In this document: positions 8,494-15,530 of the stretch, in pieces
Position numbering within the stretch: the first letter of the stretch is position 1
Layout of the letters: each line of letters starts with the position of its first letter
NCBI GenBank assembly: GCA_001563965.1
Contig: LKMS01000001.1
Location: 1-29,859 of the forward strand
Length of the DNA: 29,859 nucleotides
Reading direction: 5' to 3'
Origin: Haloferacaceae archaeon PL-Br10_E2g29
GTDB taxonomy: Archaea > Halobacteriota > Halobacteria > Halobacteriales > Haloferacaceae
Made by a program: the position numbers and the translations under genes
Notes under the pieces: generated by a model
What the model saw: only the letters and a program-made list of their open reading frames with translations
What the model was told of the DNA's origin: nothing
Database searches by the model: none

Positions 8494-9117
8494 CTACTCG
8501 GGATACTTCGGCTGACGACGCTCGGCGCGTTCGAGCGCTCGCTCGATCACCGTGTGCACATCGTCGCCATCGGGTTCGTTTCGGAACACCTGACCGTGGC
8601 CCGGATACATCGCTGAAACCGAGTCGGGAAGCACCGATAGAATCTCGTGGAGACTTTCGATGAGTCGCTCACGGGACTGGCCCGGTCGGTCGGTTCGCCC
8701 GAAACTGCCGTCGTCGAACGCGCCGTCATTGTAGACGACGACATCGCCGCTGAAGAGCGAATCGTCGCCGACGAGCGAGACGTGGTCGTCCGCGTGTCCG
8801 GGCGTGTAGACGATTTCACACGCCTCGTCGCCAATCCGGACTGTCTCACCGGGAACCAGCGCCTCGGTTCGACGTGGATGGTCGCCGTAGGCGTAGAGAT
8901 CCGCGTCGAAGGCGTCCAACACGCTGTCGAGCGCACCGACGTGGTCGCCGTGTTGATGAGTCAACACAACCTGGTCGAGCGAGTCGACGTGCTCGGAAAC
9001 CACGTCGACGACGCCCGCCATTGAGCCGGCATCGACGAGAGTCGGCGTGTCGCCGTCGACGAGAAACGCGTTGCTGGTAAAGCTCGTGGCGTCGGCCGTG
9101 ACGTTGCGTGGTGCCAT
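8494..9117 (-). CDS. MBL-fold metallo-hydrolase (glyoxalase II-like)
   Basis: LVDAG, THQHGDH (HxHxDH), TPGHADDH, FSGD and YPGHG; ATG at 9117. Confidence 0.87.
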   Translation of the reverse strand: MAPRNVTADATSFTSNAFLVDGDTPTLVDAGSMAGVVDVVSEHVDSLDQVVLTHQHGDHVGALDSVLDAFDADLYAYGDHPRRTEALVPGETVRIGDEACEIVYTPGHADDHVSLVGDDSLFSGDVVVYNDGAFDDGSFGRTDRPGQSRERLIESLHEILSVLPDSVSAMYPGHGQVFRNEPDGDDVHTVIERALERAERRQPKYPE

Positions 9118-9210
9118 AGTCGGTGGTTTGCTCGCGATCACCAAAAGCCTCGGCGGTCGCCACCGGTCGCACAGGGGCTTTTTCCGTGCGGAGCCGTTTG
9201 AGACAACCGT

Positions 9211-9402
9211 ATGGGATTCGGAAGCTACGATGAGTCTGAACAGGAGAACCAAGATTTCGACACCGACTTCGACGACGAAGACGGGCTCAACACGAGCGAA
9301 AACAACCACGACGGCACGCTCGATTTCGAACCGGGTGCGTCCAATGACGAACTGCTCGACAGACTCCAGTCGATAAAAGACGACCCCGACGACGAGACGT
9401 AA
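9211..9402 (+). CDS. Small acidic haloarchaeal protein (DUF5786-like)
   Basis: MGFGSYDESEQENQ...GASNDELLDRLQSIK matches my recollection of this haloarchaeal family; GGCTTTTTCC box about 28 nt upstream. Confidence 0.72.
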   Translation: MGFGSYDESEQENQDFDTDFDDEDGLNTSENNHDGTLDFEPGASNDELLDRLQSIKDDPDDET

Positions 9403-9418
9403 ACCGGCTCATCCGGTC

Positions 9419-9511
9419 ATGCCTCCGAACCCCGGCAGTCGGGCGGTCGGCATCGACGACGCGACCGTCACCGACGAGAAACGGGTGAAAATTAAGCCCG
9501 TTGCCGCGTGA
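9419..9511 (+). pseudogene. Possible 30-codon remnant of a DUF99 (endonuclease V-like) gene
   Basis: MPPNPGSRAVGIDDATVTDEKRVKIKPVAA*; PGSRAVGIDD resembles the DUF99 N-terminus. The stop overlaps the udg GTG (GTGA). Confidence 0.25.
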
Positions 9512-9519
9512 GTACCGAC

Positions 9520-10149
9520 ATGAAACAGATGGACGGCGTGTGCGTTCGTGACTGCACGCGCTGTGACGCGCTAGTCGCCTCACGAAGCCAAATCGTCAAC
9601 GGCGTCGGCCCCGCTGACGCCGACCTGTTGTTCGTTGGTGAGGGCCCCGGCGCGACCGAGGACGAGCAGGGTGCGCCGTTTGTCGGCCGCTCGGGATCCG
9701 TGCTGGACGAGGCACTCGCCGAGGCGGGCGTGGGGCGCGACGCGGTTCGGATTACGAACTGCGTACGGTGTCGACCCCCCGACAACCGCGATCCACACGC
9801 CGACGAGCTGGACAACTGCCGGGACTTTCTGGAACACGAGATCGACGTGGTCGATCCCACGATTCTTGTCACGCTCGGTAAAGTGCCGAGCGAACACCTG
9901 CTCGACCGGTCGGTTGCGATTACGAACGAATCGGGAACCGTCGTCGACCACCGACTCGGCGGGCGGTCACGGCGCGTGCTGCTATCGATGCATCCGGCGG
10001 CAACGCTCTATGACCGAAGCCAGCGCGAGGGGTTTTTTGCGACGATCGCCTCCGCGGTCGAACTGGCCGGACTCAACGACGCCGGGCGTGGAGACGGTGG
10101 CGCAGCGAGCGAAAAGAGCGGTGGACAGTCGCGACTCGGTGAGTTCTGA
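9520..10149 (+). CDS. udg: Family-4 uracil-DNA glycosylase ([4Fe-4S] type)
   Basis: CTRC, FVGEGPG, PFVGRSG, NCVRCRPPDNRDP, LDNC and MHPAA; C-terminal QSRLGEF. ATG 9520 is preferred (ATTAAG box at 9491-9496); GTG 9508 is an alternative. Confidence 0.93.
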   Translation: MKQMDGVCVRDCTRCDALVASRSQIVNGVGPADADLLFVGEGPGATEDEQGAPFVGRSGSVLDEALAEAGVGRDAVRITNCVRCRPPDNRDPHADELDNCRDFLEHEIDVVDPTILVTLGKVPSEHLLDRSVAITNESGTVVDHRLGGRSRRVLLSMHPAATLYDRSQREGFFATIASAVELAGLNDAGRGDGGAASEKSGGQSRLGEF

Positions 10150-10208
10150 CCGACAGCGGCCGGCGACCGGCAGAAACAGTCATACGGCTCGACTGGATTG
10201 TCACGAGT

Positions 10209-10583
10209 ATGCCATCCACACGAACCGTCGAATCGCTCATGTCCGCGCCGATTATCACGACGAATCCGCACACCACCGTTCGCGAGGCTGCCGAGCTCAT
10301 GGTCGAACACGGAATCAACGCGGTGTTCGTTCCCGGCGCGGAGGCCGGCATTATCACCAGCACGGATATCGTCGAGGCTGTGGCCACGGCAGCCGACACC
10401 ACCGCCGTGACCGTTGGCGACGTAATGACCTCGCCAGTCGAGCGCGTGCCGCTCTCGTTGCCGCTCGGCGAGGCCGCCGCGATGATGACCAACTTCGGTA
10501 TCAAACATCTGCCCGTCGTCGACGAGGACAACGACTACGTCGGTATTATTTCGTCGACCGACATCACGACCGCGTTGGCCTAA
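10209..10583 (+). CDS. Stand-alone CBS-pair protein
   Basis: VESLMSAP...TVREAAELM, GIITSTDI, VGDVMTSP, IKHLPVVD and GIISSTDI: two CBS motifs, no other domain. Confidence 0.88.
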   Translation: MPSTRTVESLMSAPIITTNPHTTVREAAELMVEHGINAVFVPGAEAGIITSTDIVEAVATAADTTAVTVGDVMTSPVERVPLSLPLGEAAAMMTNFGIKHLPVVDEDNDYVGIISSTDITTALA

Positions 10584-10620
10584 AGCAGCTGGCAACGCCG
10601 ACAGGGATGTCGTCCCCAAC

Positions 10621-11364
10621 TCACACTGGGGGCAACCCGTAGGTGTCGCGAACCGTTTTGGCCAACATTCCTTCCTTGCGAAACACGATATAGAGCAACA
10701 CGAACTCCTCGTCGGCGGGGTTCATGACGAACACGGCGCGTTCCTCGTCGCCCGGTTGGTCGTCCGTCTCCGCTTCGTCGGTCGTCCCCGGTTCGTTGTC
10801 CCGCTCCATTTCGTCGTCCGCGGCGTGTTCGACGTCGACACGCTGAATCAGCGGTTCGATCGGCGTTGCGCCCGTCCGAAACTCCTCGAAGAGATCTCTG
10901 GGTGGCTCCTGTTTAGCGAACACGTAGACGACACCGTTGGGTTCCTTGCCCGTGCTGTAGGTGACCGCCGAGTTCATCGCCGCGCCGGCGACCTGCGCGT
11001 CGTGCCACGTTTCTTGAGCCTTCTCGAAGATGCCCGTTATTGCGTCGGCGTACTGGATCCGGGTTCGGGTCACGATTTCGCAGGCCGAAAACCGCGCCTC
11101 GCTGTCGTCCCACTGGAGGCTCGCCGCGATGACGTAGCCCGGTTCGAGCGACGTGACGCGGTCGGCAAGCGTGTCGCTGTCGTCGCCAGCCGACTCGGCG
11201 TCGGCGACAACAACCGGTTGGACCGCAATCGGCTGGAGGTCACCCGCCGCAGTCGAATGGGGATCGGCGACCGCGGCGGCCGCGGCGTCGAGGTCGACCA
11301 AGAGAATCGTTCCGTCGGGCCGGCGATCGAGCACGCGAAACCGGCCGGTCGTCGTCGGCTCCAT
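10621..11364 (-). CDS. Conserved haloarchaeal hypothetical protein (possibly DUF6663-like)
   Basis: 247 aa acidic ORF with a CTTATT box upstream; N-terminus MEPTTTGRFRVLD. The family name is from memory only. Confidence 0.72.
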   Translation of the reverse strand: MEPTTTGRFRVLDRRPDGTILLVDLDAAAAAVADPHSTAAGDLQPIAVQPVVVADAESAGDDSDTLADRVTSLEPGYVIAASLQWDDSEARFSACEIVTRTRIQYADAITGIFEKAQETWHDAQVAGAAMNSAVTYSTGKEPNGVVYVFAKQEPPRDLFEEFRTGATPIEPLIQRVDVEHAADDEMERDNEPGTTDEAETDDQPGDEERAVFVMNPADEEFVLLYIVFRKEGMLAKTVRDTYGLPPV

Positions 11365-11455
11365 ACGAGCGAGTTGGCTGCCGGCCGAATAAGCGGCCCG
11401 GCTTTGGTCGATGACACGACCCGGCTTCGTCGAAGAGACGGCTCAGCCGACCGAC

Positions 11456-12460
11456 CTACCGAGAAATCCCGTCGGCCGCGCCGTCCAGAACCGCTTCGAT
11501 TTCAGATCGGGTCGCAACCAGCACGTCGCCCGCAACGGTTCGTTTGAGCGCGGCGGCCGCGGCTCCGTAGGCGAGCGCGTCTTCAACGCGGTCGGCGGTG
11601 AGCAGATCGACTGCGTCGTCGGGTTGCAGGCGATTCTGTGATGAGAGCAGTTCGCCGAGCACGCCGCCAACGAAGGCGTCGCCGGTTCCGATGGCGTCGA
11701 CCGTTTCCGCGGAGTGAACCCCTTGTTTGACAACAGTGTCGTCGACGAGCGCGAGCGACCCCGACGAGCCGAGCGTGACGACAACACAGTCGATGTCGTA
11801 GTCGGCCGCCAGCGCGCGGGCGATGCGTTCGCCGGTTCCCTCGTAGCCCAACGTCGCCTTGGCGTCGCGGATCGGCGCGAACAACAGATCGATCTCGGGG
11901 AGAATCGAATCGTAGGCCGCGGCGGCCGCGTCGGTCGACCAGAGTTTCGCGCGGTAGTTGAGGTCGAACGAGCGAACCGTGTCAGCGTCGCCGGCGGCCG
12001 CAAGCAGCGCATCGGTCGTCTCGGCGGTCGACTCGCTCAGCGCAGGCGTAATGCCGGTGGTGTGGAACACGCTGGCGTCGCCAACGCGCCCGACGGCGAG
12101 TTCGTCCGCCGAAACCGTCGTGACCGACGCGTTTGCGCGATCGTAGATGACGCTCGTCGGGCGCGGCGCGGCGCCGTATTCGAGGTAGTAGGTGCCGAGC
12201 CGGGCACGCTGTCGCGCATCCCACACGACCACGGGGTCGACGCCGTGGGCCCGCAACGCGCCGACGACGCGTCGGCCGAGCGGACTGTCCGGGAGTTTCG
12301 AGAGCCACGCGGCCTCGACGCCGAGACAGGTTGCGGCGACTGCGACGTTGCTTTCGGCCCCGCCGACCTGTGCGTCGAGCGAGTCGGCCGTTTCGAGCCG
12401 CGAACCCGCCGGCGGCGAGAGCCGCAACATTGTTTCGCCAAACGTGATGAGATCAGCCAT
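11456..12460 (-). CDS. kdgK: PfkB-family sugar kinase, probable 2-keto-3-deoxygluconate kinase
   Basis: FGETMLRLSP, VGGAESNVA, GTYYLEYG, SFDLNYRAKLW and VDAIGTGDAF (PfkB signature). Confidence 0.85.
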   Translation of the reverse strand: MADLITFGETMLRLSPPAGSRLETADSLDAQVGGAESNVAVAATCLGVEAAWLSKLPDSPLGRRVVGALRAHGVDPVVVWDARQRARLGTYYLEYGAAPRPTSVIYDRANASVTTVSADELAVGRVGDASVFHTTGITPALSESTAETTDALLAAAGDADTVRSFDLNYRAKLWSTDAAAAAYDSILPEIDLLFAPIRDAKATLGYEGTGERIARALAADYDIDCVVVTLGSSGSLALVDDTVVKQGVHSAETVDAIGTGDAFVGGVLGELLSSQNRLQPDDAVDLLTADRVEDALAYGAAAAALKRTVAGDVLVATRSEIEAVLDGAADGISR

Positions 12461-12533
12461 GGTATCGACCGTTCATACTCCCACTCGTCGGCTCTTGGCC
12501 TTAATTCCAGCCGTCGCGACCGCTGGTTTCCTG

Positions 12534-14900
12534 CTACTCCGCACGTCGGCCCGCGTGGCCGGGATAGTCGCGCTCGAAGCGGTCGGCGATCTCCTCGCGA
12601 CTGATCTCGATAATGACCGGGCGGCCGTGCGGGCAGGCGTAGGGGTTTTCGCAGTCATCGAGCGCCGACAACAACTCGACGACCGAGCCCTCGGTCAGCG
12701 AGGTGTTGCCCGTCACCGAGGGGTAACAGGCGAGATCAGCCAGCAGGTCGTCGGCGGCCTCCTCGACGGTTCGGGGTGTGCCCCCGCCGTCGAAAAAGTC
12801 CACGAGCGCCTCGCGAAGCAGCGCCGGATCGAGTGCGGTGTCGAAGACCGCGGGAACCGCGGTGACGACGAGCGATCGGTCGGCGGCAGCGGGGTCAGCG
12901 GATGAATCGGCGTCGTCGGTTTCGGCCACTGAGTCGGCCGTGTCGTCGTCGGCAGCCGAATCGTGTTCGGTTCGGAATCCGAGTTCGGCGAGCACGTCGG
13001 CGGCGGCCTCAAACAGGGCGGCCTCCCGCGCGGTGAGTTCGATCGACACCGACTCGGCGAGCGTCTGTGTCGTCGGCGACGAGGCACGCGTGCGCTTGAG
13101 CCGTTCGTAGTTGATTCGCTCGTCGGCCGCGTGTTGATCGATCAACAGCAGACCGGAGCCGGCTTCGGCCAGCAGATAGGTGTCGTACAGTTGGCCCAGC
13201 ACGCGCAGCGACGGGAGTTGGTCGTACGTCCGGCCGGCGGCGGTTTCGCCGCCCGAAAGCGTCTGCTGCGTTGGCTCGGCTGTCGGGTCGGGTCGAGGCC
13301 ATGACCGCTGGATCGATTCGGGCGGCGTCGACTCACTCGATGGGTGTGACTCGGTCGACGGTGACGACTCGGACGAAAACGATCGCGACTCGGCTGGGCT
13401 CCCAGCCGACGACGACACCGTCGATGACGACGCAGTCGACGACTCGGTTGCCGACGCTTCGGTGTCGCGTTCGGCGACCGGTCGTTCGGTGCCGAGTCCG
13501 TCGACGCGCCAGCTATCGTCGGCCGCGGGATCGACCGGCGACGCCGATTCGTTGGGAGTCGCATGCTCACGTTGGGCAGCCTGGCGATCGTTTCGCGCAG
13601 TTTCGGGGTCGTCGCCGGCAGAACCGTCGACGAGCCAGTCGTCAGCACGGTCTTCGGCGGAATCAAGATCCGCTGTCGGCGACGGGTTTCGGCCCGAACG
13701 GTCCGAGTCGGCTCCGCTGGCGGCTTCGTGGTCGGTTCCCGCACCGCCGACAACCTCGCTGTCGTGGTCGACGCTCGTCGGCGACACCGGCGTTTCGGCC
13801 GGTGCTGACCGGCCGCGCGGCGCGGCCGACCGAATCAATCCTCCCTCGATGAGCGCCCGCTCGACTCTTTCGCGAACCGTACGGACGACGGTCGATTCGT
13901 CGTCGAAACGAACCTCGGTTTTCCGTGGATGAACGTTGACATCGACGGAGTCCGGCGGGACGTCGACAAAAAGCACCACAAACGGGTAGCGGTCGGGCGC
14001 GAGTTGGCCGCCGTAGGCGTCAATGACCGCGCCGCGAAGCGATCCGGCGGTGACGTAGCGACCGTTGACGAACGTCGCCAGATACTCGCGGGTGCTGCGA
14101 GTTGTTTCGGGGTGGCTCACGAGCCCCGAGACCGACTCGACGGCCGCGTGTTCGTCGACCGCGTCGCCTCCACTGTCGGCGTCAACCGCGTCGACAACGC
14201 CGTCGGCGACGTCAATCATCGATTCGGCCACCTCACGACCGTACACCGACAGCACCGCCGACCGGAGCGAGCCGCTCCCCTCGGTGGCGAATCGCTCGCG
14301 GCCGTCGTGTTCGAGCACGATCGCCACGTCGGGATTCGCCAGCGCGTACTGGCTCACGACGGTGTTGACGTGGTCGAACTCGGTCGCCTCGCGCTTGAGG
14401 AACTTCTTGCGCGCCGGCGTGTTGAAAAACAGATCTGCGACCTCGACGGTCGTTCCCTGCGGACAGCCGGCGAGTTGCACCTCGCTCACGTCACCGCCCT
14501 CGACGGTGAGTTCCGCACCCGCCGTGGCGTCGGCGGCCCGCGAGCGAAGCGTCAGTCGTGAGACTGCGCCAATGGTCGACAGCGCCTCGCCGCGAAAACC
14601 GAGGCTCGAAACCCCACGGTCGAGATCAGCGATGTCACGGAGTTTGCTGGTCGCGTGTTCGGCGACCGCCATCGGCAGTTCGTCGCGGGGAATGCCGTGG
14701 CCGTTGTCGCGCACGCGAATACCGTCGATACCGCCGGCCTCGACGGCGACCGAGATACGGGTTGCGCCCGCATCGAGGCTGTTTTCGAGCAGCTCTTTGA
14801 CCACCGAGGCGGGCCGTTCGACGACCTCGCCGGCGGCAATGCGCTGGATGGTGCCGTCATCGAGCGGTTGAATCGAGCGCGACGCGGCGTCCTCAGTCAT
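12534..14900 (-). CDS. mutL: DNA mismatch repair endonuclease MutL
   Basis: IAAGEVVERPASVVKELLENSLDAGA, DNGHGI, GFRGEAL, DVNVHPRK, endonuclease motif DQHAADERINYE and CPHGRP; long acidic/Ser linker. Confidence 0.97.
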   Translation of the reverse strand: MTEDAASRSIQPLDDGTIQRIAAGEVVERPASVVKELLENSLDAGATRISVAVEAGGIDGIRVRDNGHGIPRDELPMAVAEHATSKLRDIADLDRGVSSLGFRGEALSTIGAVSRLTLRSRAADATAGAELTVEGGDVSEVQLAGCPQGTTVEVADLFFNTPARKKFLKREATEFDHVNTVVSQYALANPDVAIVLEHDGRERFATEGSGSLRSAVLSVYGREVAESMIDVADGVVDAVDADSGGDAVDEHAAVESVSGLVSHPETTRSTREYLATFVNGRYVTAGSLRGAVIDAYGGQLAPDRYPFVVLFVDVPPDSVDVNVHPRKTEVRFDDESTVVRTVRERVERALIEGGLIRSAAPRGRSAPAETPVSPTSVDHDSEVVGGAGTDHEAASGADSDRSGRNPSPTADLDSAEDRADDWLVDGSAGDDPETARNDRQAAQREHATPNESASPVDPAADDSWRVDGLGTERPVAERDTEASATESSTASSSTVSSSAGSPAESRSFSSESSPSTESHPSSESTPPESIQRSWPRPDPTAEPTQQTLSGGETAAGRTYDQLPSLRVLGQLYDTYLLAEAGSGLLLIDQHAADERINYERLKRTRASSPTTQTLAESVSIELTAREAALFEAAADVLAELGFRTEHDSAADDDTADSVAETDDADSSADPAAADRSLVVTAVPAVFDTALDPALLREALVDFFDGGGTPRTVEEAADDLLADLACYPSVTGNTSLTEGSVVELLSALDDCENPYACPHGRPVIIEISREEIADRFERDYPGHAGRRAE

Positions 14901-15330
14901 TGCTGACAGCGGTTCGGCCGGCGATGACGAGCGGGCCGGCCAGCAGGCGGTTGATCGCTTCCTGATGAATGCTGACGGTCAGAAACTCGTCGCGGGCGGT
15001 TTCGGGTGAGACCCACTCGTAATCGCAGTGTTCGTGGCTCAGCGTGACGGCGGTTCGGTCGGTTTCGCAGTAGTAGACGACGCTAAACCGGCCGCGGCCG
15101 ACATCGTTGCGCCAGGCGGCGGTGTGGATCGGGTCGTCGACGGCGACCTCGAGGCCGGTTTCCTCGTCGACCTCGCGTTTGAGCGCCTCGACGGGATCCT
15201 CGTAGGCGCCCATGCGGCCGCCGGGGAGTTCCCACGTGTGTTCATCCATCTGCATGACCAGAAGGTCGCCGTCGGGCGAGGCGATCAGTGCCTTCTGGCT
15301 GACCTCGGCGATGAGCGGCTGTTCGGTCAT
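14893..15330 (-). CDS. Nudix hydrolase
   Basis: Complete Nudix box G-x5-E-x7-REUxEExGU (GRMGAYEDPVEALKREVDEETGL) and LSHEH; its stop overlaps the mutL start by 8 nt. Confidence 0.9.
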   Translation of the reverse strand: MTEQPLIAEVSQKALIASPDGDLLVMQMDEHTWELPGGRMGAYEDPVEALKREVDEETGLEVAVDDPIHTAAWRNDVGRGRFSVVYYCETDRTAVTLSHEHCDYEWVSPETARDEFLTVSIHQEAINRLLAGPLVIAGRTAVSND

Positions 15331-15427
15331 CGCGAGTCACCACGCGGGGAACACAAGCGGTCGACAGGTGGGTGCAGCGCGCGTGCTGGGCGGCAGGGCG
15401 GTTCACAGCCGACTGCTGGCTGGGTGG

Positions 15428-15442
15428 CAATGAGACTCATTG
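15428..15442. promoter_or_regulatory. Perfect 7-1-7 palindrome CAATGAG-A-CTCATTG, candidate operator
   Basis: Read directly in the 200-bp spacer between the mutS stop and the Nudix start. Confidence 0.35.
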
Positions 15443-15530
15443 GTAGATACACGCGGGTGGTGCGTATCAATCCATTGTTGCCAGCGGGTTCTGACCGGGT
15501 CGCCAGCGGCTGGTGACGGTCGTTGGGAGG

